64,000 bases of DNA from Octopus vulgaris (GCA_951406725.2 OX597822.1:16988001-17052000); one strand, 5' to 3'. Positions 1 to 12,749 are shown, counted from the stretch's first letter. Made by a program: numbers and translations. The notes: generated by a model from the letters alone, not told the origin.

Positions 1-132
1 TACGAGGGTCGATAAAAGCAACCTTTCGATTGATTTCAATCGATTCTCTTCTCTGCCAAACCACGTGGCCTTGTAAACAATATTAAAACTCTGAGCGAGA
101 AGTAAGCAGTAGCCGTACGGAATCGTAAAATT

Positions 133-300
133 TAATTGCCAACTAGATGTGGCGTCCCCATAGGGAGCGATGGTGCTGTTGTTGATTTCCCTAATTGGAC
201 ACAGACAGTGTGTCGTTAGCCAGCTGGAGGAGATGTTCTCCTGGGGTTAAAAACAACTAGCATCGTCCCCTATTGGACTGCCACATCTGGTTGGCAATTA
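133..300. mobile_element. Small palindromic MITE-like element with ~40 bp imperfect TIRs
   Basis: taattgccaactagatgtggc...gagcgatg at the left is inverted as catcgtcc...gccacatctggttggcaatta at the right. The internal part (agccagctggag...ctcctggggttaaaa) recurs near 31800. Confidence 0.6.
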
Positions 301-859
301 TATTTTACGAGGTGGCCTTGTGTTTTGTTAGAAATCAATGCAGGTCGTCGGCTCAATTCTAGCCAAGAACACTTAATTTTTCATACAACTTTCCACCGAG
401 CTCTAATGAAATTAAATACTCTTCACGTTTTAAAAAGTAACAAGTCAATAATGTAAATCCACGCGACGGTAGACATAGCAGTGAATATGAAAGGTCAAGT
501 AACTGGTTCTATTTATCGCTAGAGTGCTTGTAATGAATAAATATCTACCTTGCTAACTTTTATATTTCAACATAAAAAAAAAAAACAAGCAGAATACCTG
601 TGTTTTTCTTTTTTTTTTTTTTATCCGATAGTTTTACTTAAATGTCATTTGTGATGAAAATATTCGTCTCCTCAACTGCGTTGTATGACATCATTTAAGC
701 TGAAAAAAGTCTAATTGAATGTGTCTGTGCACTTTGAGTATGTTTGCTTGTGTGGGTCTAATATGGTCTTCGGTGGGCGGGGAGGCATGAGGACAATACA
801 TACCAAGTACCATAAAATAAATTCGATTTATATTCTTTTTTTTAATGCTACAGAGTCCT

Positions 860-1210
860 GCTGGGGCAACGCACTGAAGGGTTTTAATAGAAACAAATCA
901 ACTCCAATACTTTTTTAAGACCGGCTACTTACTCGTATTCTATCAATCTCTTTTGCCGAACCGCTAAGTTAAAGAACATAAACAAACCAACATCGGTGGT
1001 CAAGCACTGTTGGGGGACAAGCATAAAACCAAATACTCACTCACACACACACACACATATGGATATGCACATATATATTCGACAGGCTTCTTTCAGTTTT
1101 CATCGTTCAAATCCACTCACAAGACTTTGGTCAGCCCGAGGCTATGGTAGAAGACACTTGTCTAAGGTGCCATGTAGTGGGACCGAACCTGAAACCTTGT
1201 GGCTGAGAAG
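860..1210 (-). mobile_element. SINE family B (tRNA-head, octopus OR-like). Other copies approx. 2930-3240(-), 6620-7080(-), 7510-7790(+), 17790-18200(-), 27900-28050(-), 28630-28800(+), 29045-29450(-), 36770-37050(+), 43155-43510(+), 46283-46640(+), 55190-55390(+), 56980-57300(-)
   Basis: Shared blocks gtggctgtgtggtaagaag / gggttcagtcccac / ccttgggcaagtgtcttc / gtgccccagcatggccgcagtc...tgactgaaacaag, with an internal (CA)n tract. The family name comes from recall and was not verified. Confidence 0.8.
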
Positions 1211-1377
1211 CAACCACATAGCCACTCCTTGGGACCAGACCAAAAGAAGACTGGGATAGAAATTGACGAAAAACCGAAGCGAGAGGAAGAAAAGTCTGAA
1301 ACAATACCAAAAGAAAGAAAAGACAGAAACTTGATCTCTGCAAAATGACTGGAACCGAACCAAAACGACGCAGATAT

Positions 1378-1576
1378 TCTTTTCTGCTCCAGGAACAAGG
1401 CCTGAAATTTAGGGGGAGGGGAACCAGTCGATTAGATCGACCCCAGTACGCAACTGTGACTTAATTTATCGACCCTTAAAGGCAAAGTCGACCTCGGCGG
1501 AATTTGAACTCAGAACGTAAAGGCAGACGAAATACCGCTAAGCCCGGTGAGCTAACGTTTCTGCCAGCTCGCCGCC
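1378..1576 (-). mobile_element. SINE family A monomer (tRNA-like head with gagttcaaattcc B-box)
   Basis: Reverse complement reads ggcggcgagctggcagaaacgttag...gttctgagttcaaattccgccgaggtcgactttgcc...gtcgataaattaagt; many copies in the window. Confidence 0.85.
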
Positions 1577-1795
1577 TTAAAACGTACGCCAGGAAATGTT
1601 TGAGACCCTCATATTATATTTGTATTTATGGCTATATTTTTTATTATATATATATTAATTTCTAATTTATAATATTAATTTCATTTATATATATTTCAGT
1701 TTATTTTTAAATATTTTATTTTATTTATGCATATTAAATTTTATTTTAATGTACTTTATTTTATTTTAACATATTTTATTTTATATCCTTGGTAA

Positions 1796-2176
1796 AGCGG
1801 CGATCTGACAGAATCGTTAGCACGCCGGGCGAAATGTTTAGCTGTTTTTCATCTGCCGTTACGTTCTGAGTTCAAATTCCGCCGAGTTCGTCTTTGCCTT
1901 TCATCCTTTCGAGGTCGATAAATTAAGTACCAGTTATGCACTGGGGTCGATATAATCGACTTAATCCGTTTGTCTGTCCTTGTTTGTCCTCTCTGTGTTT
2001 AGCCCCTTGTTGGTAGTAAAGAAATAGGTATTTCGTCCGTTTTTTCGTTCTGAGTTCAAATTCCACTGCGCTCAACTCTACCTTTCATTCGTTCAGAGTC
2101 GATAAAATGAGTACTGGGGATGATGCACGACTTGTGTCCCCTCCCTGAAAATTTCAGGCATTGTGCCTATAGTAGG
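1796..2176 (+). mobile_element. SINE family A dimer
   Basis: Unit 1, then tail tgtcctctctgtgtttagccccttg...aaagaaata, then a second unit ending ccctccctgaaaatttcaggcattgtgcc. Confidence 0.8.
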
Positions 2177-2925
2177 CACAAAAGACCGAAACCAGACTAA
2201 GAAATAAACGAAACTAAAAGAAGGCCAAGACGACATGAAGAAAAAAATGTGACGAGACCAAGAAATGATTGAGAGCAGACGAAGTAGAGCTCGACATGAA
2301 GAAATGACCAAGAATAAAAGTGGAAGGAGAGGAAGGAAAAGAGTGAGACAGAAAGGAGAAGGGTGAAGGCAGATCACGCAAACAGCATAGCGGAGAAAAT
2401 ACTAAGACTAGAAGAAAAAGACAGAGATAAGACATGAAGAAAAAAAAAACTAGGTAATATGAAGAGAAGACAGAAACCGAAACCAGACGAAGAATACCGT
2501 GAGTAGACGATGAAAAAGTCCGAGATCAAACCAAGAGAATAGCGTGATTAGACGCAAAAAAGAGAGAAAGTCGAGTGAAAAGAATTCCAGAGCAAACCAA
2601 GAAAAATGAGGGAGACTGGGAAAACACAGAAGGACAGACAAAAAGGGAGCGAGACGAGAGGGAGAAAGAAGGAAGAAATCGAAGAAGGAAAAGGTGGATG
2701 AAATGAAGACTGAAACGGAAACCAAACGAAGAATACCAAGACGGAGACCAGACCGAAATGGGATCGAAAGCAAACCAATTAAAGGTGAATACCAGGCTCA
2801 GAAAAGATTGAGATCAAGATATGACCAAGGCAAGACCAAGAAAAGACTGCCCCGACCAAGAAGCGACCGAGGCCAGACGAAATAAAACTGAGTCCAAACG
2901 AAGAAATGACCGAAATCAGTCCAAG
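2177..2925. repeat. Purine-rich degenerate low-complexity tract (agacc/gaaacc motifs)
   Basis: Recurrent agaccaaga and gaccgaaaccagac motifs with strong A/G strand bias; similar sequence at 1230-1370. Confidence 0.55.
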
Positions 2926-3073
2926 GATTTAGAAAAACAAATCGCTTCCAGTATTTTTCCTTTTTTAAGTATGATACTTATTCTATCGGTCTTTTTTTGC
3001 CAAACTGCTAAGTTATGAGTCATAAGCTAATCAATGCTGGTTCTCAAGCGGTACTGGCACATACACACACACA

Positions 3074-3155
<82 letters not shown>

Positions 3156-3489
3156 TGGCAGGCTTCTTAGCAATTTCAGCCACAAGGTCGGCTCCGAGCG
3201 TCCATGACACCGCACAGTGGAACTGAACGTGAAACACAAAAGCTGGACGCTAGAATTAAACAGGGTGACGGTTCAAATCTACCAAATATGGAAGCGCAAG
3301 GACGGAATCCTCCGATGGGTTTCCGCACATTATTTTCTCTCAATGAAATTTCCCTCAGACCCGAAACATAACAAAAAGAAGATATAGTCACAAGGTGCCG
3401 TGTGCTGAGATCGAACTTATAGCTATCTGATTGAAAAATGAATGTGTTAAGTACATGTGTTATACAACCAATCATCATTCCTTCTTCAA

Positions 3490-3915
3490 GGCGGCGAGCT
3501 GGCAGAAACGTTAGCACGCCGGGCGAAATGCTTAGCGGTATTTCGTCTGTCTTTACGTTCTGAGTTCAAATTCCGCCTAGATCGACTTTGCCTTTCATCC
3601 TTTCGGGGTCGATATATTAAGTAACAGTTGCGCACTGGGGTCGATGTAATCGACTTAATCCCTTAGTCTGTCCTTGTTTGTCCCCTCTGTGTTTAGCCCC
3701 TTGTGGGCAATAAAGAAATAAAAAAACGTTAGCGCGCCGGGCGAAATGCTTAGCGGTGTTTCGTCTGTCTTTACGTTCTGAGTTCAAATTCCGCCGAGGT
3801 CAACTTTGCCTTTCACCCTTTTGGGGATCGATAAAATCAGTACCAGTTGGGATCGAAGTAATCGATTATCTACGTTCCTCTAAAATCGCTGGCCTTGTGC
3901 CAATATTTAAAACCA
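3490..3915 (+). mobile_element. SINE family A dimer
   Basis: Two tandem units joined by the ...ttagccccttgtgggcaataaagaaata tail. Confidence 0.85.
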
Positions 3916-4265
3916 GTCATAACGCTTATTCAGCAGAATACAACACACGCGCGGAAAGTGTTTCACTTCTATACGACGCCATTCATCCAACTCAGATGAA
4001 ATCGTTAAACACTCTGGAAACTTCAAGAAGCTTTTTGCTTTTCTTCTTTCTTCTTTTCGTTTCGCCCGCCGAAAATTAATGAAGCCGCATCTACTTAAAT
4101 ATGGCTCCACCACCGCTTTCTTCTTCAATGTTCAATTGTACCTTTATTGTAATAACAACGATGAGCAAGACAAATAACACCCAGAAAATATTTAACAACT
4201 GAAAGGACATACACACGTCTGTGTGTGTGTGTGTGTGTGTACACCTATATATATATATATATATT

Positions 4266-4473
4266 GTTAATCCAAACATGAAAGCACAAAAAAAAACACA
4301 ACAACGCGAGGACGTGGAACAAATTTAGTATTATTGGACGCTCAGGAAAGAAGGAAAGAAGGAGGGTTTAACGTTTCGAGCGGAGCTCTTCGTCAGAAAC
4401 ATAGGAAAAGGAAAGATCCAGAGAAGGGAAGACGGAGGAAAAAAATTGCCAACGGTACACACGCGGTCACATT

Positions 4474-4478
<5 letters not shown>
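4266..4478 (-). mobile_element. ~210 bp hammerhead-bearing element inserted in (TA)n (Penelope pLTR-like, non-autonomous)
   Basis: Flanked by (TA)n on both sides; near-identical copy at 61299-61485; contains a hammerhead motif. Confidence 0.75.
4366..4400 (-). ncRNA. Minimal type-I hammerhead ribozyme
   Basis: RC: GUUU CUGACGA A GAGC UCC GCUC GAAA C GU U AAAC. Stem I GUUU/AAAC, stem II GAGC/GCUC, palindromic stem III ACGU. Confidence 0.75.
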
Positions 4479-4548
<70 letters not shown>

Positions 4549-4567
4549 TAGATAGATAGATAGATAG

Positions 4568-4625
<58 letters not shown>

Positions 4626-4840
4626 ATGTATGTATGTATGTATGTATGTGTTTATATATGTATATACGATATACGCACGCATATGCACTCGCATACGTAA
4701 GCGTATATATATTAATAACAGACCGTTTCTAATTAATTAGGCACTGTTCCTTTGTCTCCGTGACAAATCTCTCTACCTTACAACAAGCAGAAGAGATAAA
4801 TGTAGTGTTGTGCCTAGTAACTGCTACATCTGTCTGTCTG

Positions 4841-4893
<53 letters not shown>

Positions 4894-5054
4894 CCACAGT
4901 TTTCTCTTCAATTCGCTAATGAGCTCCGTTTCCAGTAATTACCCACAAACAAACACCGCATCTCATTTTCTCTTCCGTACAGCATCCCAGCCTCACCGTT
5001 CGTTTTCTCTTTCCCTCTGTTGTTCTTTCACCCACACGCATACTCTCTCTTTCT

Positions 5055-5111
<57 letters not shown>

Positions 5112-5482
5112 GCTCGCACACACACACACATACGCCCATATAGAACATATGTCCGCTTTTTTTCCCCAGACTCACTTTTCTCTTTATATTTCCTCCTCCT
5201 CCTCCTCCTCCTCCACTCAGCTCAGTTTGTATTCGCCAGCATGTGGAGGTACGGGTGTGTGTGTGGAGGGGGGGGGGCTATGTTTAAAAATAAACCTAAA
5301 ATATGAAAGATAATCTTGTAAGGAATACACGGAATACGTGCATGTATACAAATGAATCTCTCCTTACACGTGTGTGTAAAGAGATAGAGAGAGAGAAGGG
5401 AGGGAGGGAGCGAGGCAGAGGGAAATAGAGAGAGAGGGAGAAAGAGAGGGATGAAGGGAGAGAGATAGAGAGAGGGAGATAG

Positions 5483-5513
<31 letters not shown>

Positions 5514-5943
5514 CAGACAGACAGAGAGACAGAGAGACAGAGAGAGAAGGAGGGAGAGACAGAGAGAGACAGAGAGAGAGGGAGGGAGAGTGAGATAGAG
5601 ACAGAGATATAGATAGAGAGAGAGAGATTGATAGATAAATAGATAGATACATACATACGCACAAACATATATATATATATATGTATGTATATAAACACAT
5701 GTATGTGTGTCCTTTCTATTTTTATAATTAAAAAATAGAAGATACATACATGTGGGAGTTTATGCAATATATACATAAAATAAACACATCTATGTATATA
5801 TATATATATATATATGCATGCATGCATGTATGTGTGTATGCATGCATGTATGTCTGAATACTTGTGTATCCAGGTTCTTCTTTTGAAGATAGTTTTTAGC
5901 TTTCTGTTTTTGCATTTTTGTCTTAATTTGGAGGGTTTTGTGA

Positions 5944-5983
<40 letters not shown>

Positions 5984-6880
5984 TATATTTTCTATACGAA
6001 GATTCTAAAACAAATTTGAAAAACAAACAAATAACTGTCTGGTTAATTTTATTTTGTAATTTATTCAATTATATTTGTGTAGTTATCGAGTATGTTTCGT
6101 TAAGGAAAGGTGTTATTTGCAGTCAGAAAGAGTTTGAAAAATAATTTCAACCAAACAAAACCTAACAATAAAACAGTTAATCTATTTTGTATTTATTTAA
6201 TAAATTTCCAATTGCATACGTGTTTCAGTCGTATAGATTGAACCCGTTCTTTTTATCTGGTGCGCTTCGTTTGTGAAAGAAAATCGAAACGATCTTCTTG
6301 GTATGGATTTCACGTCAACAAGTGCAGCTCAAACTCTATTCAGAGCTATTAATAACAATATTTCTCAAAATACATCGGGAATGCATTTTTAAACAGAAAT
6401 AGAAGAGTAAAGTAGATGAGGACAGGCTAGATTTAGAGATAATCTTGATCTCCATCTTAAACGACGGGGTTGTGTTCTGTCTTCTAACATGACTTCCACA
6501 TTTAGTTGGAGATCAAAATTACTTTTTGGTACCAAAACTGCTTCTGTCGCTCTTCATTAGATTTAGACAGTTTATAATATATTGAATAGCTAAATGGAAA
6601 AAGAATTCAAGCCGTATGTTTTTTTACTTGTTTCAGTCACTGGACTTCGGCCATGCTGGAGCATCACACAGAAGGATTTTTAGACAAACAAAGCGATCCC
6701 AGAATTTATTTTTTAAGTCTGGTATTTTTTTTGTCGGACTCTTTTGCCCGAACTATTAAATTATAGGGACGTAAACAAACTAGCAGCGGTTGCCAAGCGG
6801 TGGGGGATTACAAACACAGACACAAAGACACACACACGTGGACATGCATACATACATACATACATACATACATACATACA

Positions 6881-6913
<33 letters not shown>

Positions 6914-8102
6914 GTATGCATACATACGGCGGGCTTCCATACAGTTTCTCTCTACTAGATTCACTCACCAGGTTTGATCGGCCCGTACCTATAGAAAAAC
7001 ACACTTGGCCAAAGCAACGCACAGCGGAACTGAACCTGAAACCACGTGATTGCTAAGCAAGCTTCGTAACAACACAGCCTATATATTTAGATAAAACCCA
7101 TATTTCAGCGAGAGAGAGACACCAGAATCGTCATCATTCGGGAACAAATGAGAGAAATTCGAATTTACCGAGATTATTTGATGGTCCCCAGGAAATAAGA
7201 TTATAAACACCGAGTTTGACAAAGTTCCATTATTGTAGAATTGAATGTTTTTCATATTGGTTTCGTTTCATTCGGTTGAACTCCATCTACACTCGTAGAA
7301 TCCATTCAAACATTGGGGCCAGGTCTTCCGTTTGAAGAAAACCTTCCCCCCAACAAATCTCGGGGTCCCTGTAAACAGTCATCGGCTTTGCCTTCCCTCC
7401 TGACTTAAAAAGTAGAAGGGAAACAAAAACAGTGGCTGCTCTTTTTAGCATGACTGGAAACAAAACAATTGGAATTTGTTTATTGAATCTTGTGCCAAAT
7501 TCTATAACCAGGTATGGCTGTGCGGTTTAGAAGCTTTATTCCGGGTTCAATCCCACCGCACGACACCTTGGGAGAGTGTTTCATAAGACAATATCTGAAC
7601 TCCGTCGTGTGTGTGTGTGTGTGTTTCCCACTCCACCCCTTGACAACCCGTGTTGGTTTGTTTATGCCCCCCCCCCCCACTAAACTATCAGAATAACTAG
7701 CAGACTTAAAAGTCAGCATTGAGGTCGATTTCTTTGACTTAACCTTTCAAGGAGTGCCCCAGCATGACCGCACTCCAGTAAAAGATAAAAGACAAACTTA
7801 ATCCTGTGGAGCAATCATGGGGCTTCCTTGATTGTGGATTAGAGAAGTCTCACATTAAAATGTATTCCGGATTATTTTATTTTATTCATTTACTTTTAGA
7901 AATAATTCAATTAACAATTCTGGCGTTACATTTAGTGACCCACTTCGCCGATTCTGCGAGTGAAAGTGGCGGAGTGAGAAATCGAACCCATGACATGACT
8001 GTAACAATTCCGATTTCGAAAGAAGATTACTTGTATAATGATTCCTGCTTCTTTAAGTGAAACACTTGAAAGATTATTTATGCCTCCATGGGGCAGACTT
8101 AC

Positions 8103-8244
8103 CATTTCCATAGACAGCGTTTGTTCCGCCTCCGTTGTTCGTCTTGCACAGTTTATATTTAGCGCTCGTGGCCCAGGGTTTCGTACGGACAGACACAAAT
8201 GTGTATCACATGCCTTATCGTCATGTGATGCACATAAGTGTCTA
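8103..8244 (-). other. Possible isolated exon (142 bp) of an unidentified minus-strand transcript
   Basis: Non-repetitive sequence between ttgcag| and a perfect |GTAAGT donor; one frame open (RHLCASHDDK...SMEM). No homology recognised. Confidence 0.25.
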
Positions 8245-8329
8245 CTGCAACGGTATATACACACATGCATACATGCTCTTTGCCTTCCAGTGTGTTTGTA
8301 CAACCATATACATACCCAGACAGACAAAC

Positions 8330-8399
<70 letters not shown>

Positions 8400-8556
8400 C
8401 ATACATACATACATACATACATACATACATACATACATACATACATACATACATACATACATACATTCAGACAGACAGACCGATAGATAGACAGACAGAC
8501 AGAAACACAGACAGACTGATAGATTGATAGATGCACGCACACAAAAACTTAAATGC

Positions 8557-8587
<31 letters not shown>

Positions 8588-9519
8588 CATACATACATAC
8601 ATACATACATACATACATACACACACGAGTGTAAATATGCAGACTATGGACTACATTTCATGATAGGAAATTATTAAAGAGGCTGCAAGATGCTGAATAT
8701 TTAATTCATAAGCAAAGAAGTAGAAATGCTTCATTTAAAGTTAGCGGCCATGATGCCGAAAAGAGAAAACTTTCCGCTCGGTGCATGCGGACTGTTGACG
8801 TGGATTTAGAAGAGAAGTACGCTTGCATTTGGTAGAGTGTGAGGCACAATCTCACACGCACACATATATACGCGCGACACACGCACACATATATACATAC
8901 ACTCACACACAAACAGACATGCAATATATATAAACTCTCTCACACACACTCACATATACATACGCATATATATTTATACAAACACAGACACACAGACACA
9001 CACACAAACATACATATTCGTACAAGATGGCTGCGCCTCGATTTCGAGCAACGGCATATTTTGTTTATTCTCTTAATGCAGCAAGGACGTGGCTTTTCAG
9101 TCTTGCTGGGACGCAACATCATTTTGCACAGAAGTGGCAACGATGGGCACCTCTTACAGCAGGTGTTCAGCGAGTTACTACCCAAGCTGACGCAGTCCTT
9201 CATTCCATCGTGGAAATTTCCATTTAGTGTTCAGCCTCTTTCGGTAAATAACAGACAAAGGAAGAAGCCACACACAGTAGACATGTTCAAAACCAAGAGA
9301 TACATGCAGACATAGAAATGCATATATATATATAATTATAATTAATTATAATTATAATTATAATTATAATTAGGGTTCAGCTAACTGCTTCACCACATAC
9401 CGAAATTAGAAATAGGAGTTAAAAATTCCTTTTCTGCTACTATAAGAATCTCTATGACAGTAAACATACTTTTTTACGAAGGCAAAGAGAAAAACAATGA
9501 ATCAACATGACCAGGATTA

Positions 9520-9582
9520 ACTATATACGCGTTTCGAGATTAAAGTAATTTAAATTTTACTTACATCTCTCTTCAGTATAAT
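9520..9582 (-). ncRNA. Type-I hammerhead ribozyme with a long stem II
   Basis: RC: AUUAUA CUGAAGA GAGAU gu AAGUAA aauuuaaa UUACUU ua AUCUC GAAA CGCG UA UAUAGU. All core nucleotides are canonical, the site is GUA, and stem III is the palindrome ACGCGU. Confidence 0.8.
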
Positions 9583-9835
9583 ACTTTAAATTTTTTTATA
9601 AAATTTGAAAGTGCTCTAGTTGAATATGCACACAATCGAGCGTCATCATGTAACAGATATCCAACCAACACTTCCAAAATTTACGGAGCCGAGTGTGAAT
9701 ACACTATTCAAACTCTATACCCACTGTAAACGTATTTCGTATTTCATGTTGTTTACGTTCTGTGGTGTTCTGTGCCCATATGTGCATGTGTATATACATA
9801 TATGTATGTATGCATATATATTTATATGTTCATAT

Positions 9836-9867
<32 letters not shown>

Positions 9868-9887
9868 TGTATATGTCTGTGTATATA

Positions 9888-10752
9888 CAGGGTGCGATAG
9901 GTAAATTGTCGCCAATTTATACCTTTAGTTTCGTGCATGCGCATTGTTTGCTTTTGATTTTGTCGACCACACAGTATAGTAGGATCAGTTGAACACCGTT
10001 TGTAAGAAAAATAGCACCATGGCGCAATTCACTCTGCCAGAAATTTGGAAATTACATACTGTACTGCTTAGCATTAGCGCTGGAAACTCCAAAACGATCA
10101 TTTCAAAGTGTTTGGATGTCAATCTGAGGACATGCACCAAGAGTGATAAAAATCAAACATCCAGTCAACATCATGGTGCATGGAATGATCGCTAGTGCTG
10201 GCGAAGTTATGCCTCTATTCATCTTCCCACACAGCCTCAGACTCAACACGGAGGCCTATATCAAGTACCTGGAGGAGGTAGTGCTGCCCTGGGTGAAGAG
10301 GGTGACTGCTGGAAGACCCTATGTCTGGCAACAGGACTCTGCACCATGGCACACAAGCAGGAGAAGCTAGTCATGGCTGTCAGATAAGTTCTGCGACCAC
10401 ATCACCCCTAACATCTGGCCACCTAACTCCCCGGACTGCAACCCCCATGATTATTACGTGTGGGGTGCAGTTGAGCGAGAGACCAACAACACTTGTAACA
10501 CCAAAGATGAGCTGAAAGCAAGGATTATGACAGCATTCATCCACTTAAACAAGGCGACCATCCAGAAGAGTTGCAGGAGATTCCGAAGTTGTCTGGAGGC
10601 CGTGGTTGAAGTCAATGGCAATTTTATCGAATAAATCTTCCCTAGTATTTCGAGATATTTTTATGTAATTTTGGTTGTAAATATATCTTAAAATGAGATG
10701 TGTTATTTTCATTTTTGCGTTATTTAGATGACAGTTTATTCACCGCAGCCTG
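9888..10752 (+). mobile_element. Internally deleted Tc1/mariner-superfamily transposon, DD37D (maT) type
   Basis: TA|cagggtgcgataggtaaattgtc ... gacagtttattcaccgcagcctg|TA imperfect TIRs. Translation QQDSAPWHTSRRS*...WPPNSPDCNPHDYYVW has 37 residues between the second and third Asp, with an in-frame stop. Confidence 0.85.
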
Positions 10753-10809
10753 TATATATCTGTTCACCGAAAAATTCACCGCGGTGAGACTTTTTGAACA
10801 CCCTGTGTT

Positions 10810-10843
<34 letters not shown>

Positions 10844-11050
10844 AACACACGTATTCTCCGGTTTATATATGCTTATACACATATATATAAATACGCGCGC
10901 ACACACACACGTGTGTATGCATTCCACACATCTATAAATACATGCAAGCACGCGCGCACGTACGCAAGCATGTTGACAAACATACACACACACACACACA
11001 CATATATATATTCTCAAACACATACACTAATATATATATATATAACATGA

Positions 11051-11149
<99 letters not shown>

Positions 11150-11217
11150 CATACATACATACATACATACATACATAACGATTCTACCAGCTCGCCGCTT
11201 TAGTATTAATAATAGTG

Positions 11218-11263
<46 letters not shown>

Positions 11264-11267
11264 CAAC

Positions 11268-11490
11268 AACAATTATTCCTGTAGTGATTAATGCACTTGG
11301 CAAAACATCCAAAGTTCTACCTAAAAGATTGAAAGAGGCGGGAATTGAAACTCACATTGCCAGCCTGCAGAAAAGTACTGTGCTATATTCTGCAAGAATC
11401 CTTAGAAAGATTCTGAAGATTTGAGGAGACTTGTTATTACCAAACGGCAACACGTTCTGAATAGATTAGCATTCACAAGCGAAATAATAT
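11268..11490 (+). mobile_element. 3' fragment of an R4/Dong-like RLE non-LTR retrotransposon next to (TAA)n
   Basis: IIPVVINALG...LQKSTVLYSARILRKIL* matches the R4-clade C-terminus pattern; directly follows an (AAT)n tract. Confidence 0.7.
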
Positions 11491-11540
11491 AATTGAGGAG
11501 AAAAGAACTCAAAAGATACAAGTAATTCATATACTGCAAT

Positions 11541-11605
<65 letters not shown>

Positions 11606-11899
11606 GAGAAATCTTAACATTTTCTAGTAAAACCTTGCGTCGGAGAGAGGTGGTTGGGTGTAATTTAAAAGTGGTAAACGATAGATTAGGATTTGGGTAG
11701 AATAAGAACAAAACAAGGAACGGGGATGAGAAGTGACAACATTAAACAAATGTTAGCAGAAGGGCAACAGTCAAATCGGAGAGAAGAAATCAATAGGAAC
11801 GCCGGCAGTCTTTAAGAAAGAGCTTACCCAGCCGCTCTCTCCTGGATGGCAGAGGGAGAGTGTGGGAACAAAAAACACACACACACATCAGAACATAAT

Positions 11900-12500
11900 T
11901 TATTCAACTTAATGACTCTTCGACTTTATATTTGTTCGAAGTCATCAGCGCCTTCAGCGGTTTTTGTTGATTACGTTTTGATGACAGGATATTTCAGTGT
12001 TTATTGACAATATTAGTTTAATAAATACATTCGTCAACACAGTTATTAACGCATAATAAATACCAGATTTAATTACAATTTTCTTTGCTCATTCTGTAGA
12101 ATGCTTCATTTGGAAATATTTCTTTTTTTACTACATTTGTAGAACTTCTTTACCAAAAGAAAACATTACTCGGCACCGTGTATTTACACACTGGCCAATA
12201 ATCTGCAGCCTACTAAACATAGCAGATGTTTATGACAAGAACACCGATATTCTTGTATTCTTCTGACATCCACTTCTATCAAGTTGTCAATATTGAATAT
12301 AACTTTTGATCCACGATTCACAATCCACAAGCTATGAGAATTAAAATATAACATACACTTTAAGTGTTTCGGCGTCTGTTGCTTTTTCAATGGTTTCTTT
12401 TGTAAAGGATGTCAAGTTTCTCAGCTTTGCCGTGATGTTTTTATTTTATTTTTACATACTTTCTTAACTTTGTTTCTATTTTGGTTCTTTAATACTGGTC
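11900..12500 (-). mobile_element. Possible highly decayed Penelope-like fragment
   Basis: KKQQTPKHLKCML...GSKVIF weakly parallels KSSKQPRTLKTIL...GSEFHF of the 60 kb Penelope; a CUGAUGA plus hairpin lies at its 3' side. Confidence 0.25.
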
Positions 12501-12749
12501 TCTGTATAGAATTATCAGCTTACAACCCAAAGAATTTATGGCAGATTAAAGTAAAATCAAGGAGATAACGAAAGTATTATGTGAAAAGATCAAATCTAGA
12601 TCAATGTTGCACAATACCAAGAGACTGTGCTTCAGATCACGCCGCCACTTCTGAAATGATGTGAATTCTTCTCAGCAAAAACCTGCATCAACTGCACATC
12701 TATTTCTTTTAATCACTATCCAATATTAATTCTTAAGTTAAAACACCAA

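Noticed and set aside
1600-1790. Extremely AT-rich tract as an origin or matrix-attachment element
   Set aside because: Simple (ttttattt..) low-complexity sequence with no specific evidence of function.
7960-7995. tRNA gene (minus-strand ggttcgatttc T-loop), and SINE heads in general
   Set aside because: Only B-box-like fragments with no cloverleaf.
11910-11950. CUGAUGA plus hairpin on the minus strand (similar case at 39100-39135)
   Set aside because: The core GA overlaps stem II, GAAA is not intact and no stem I is present; at most dead relics.
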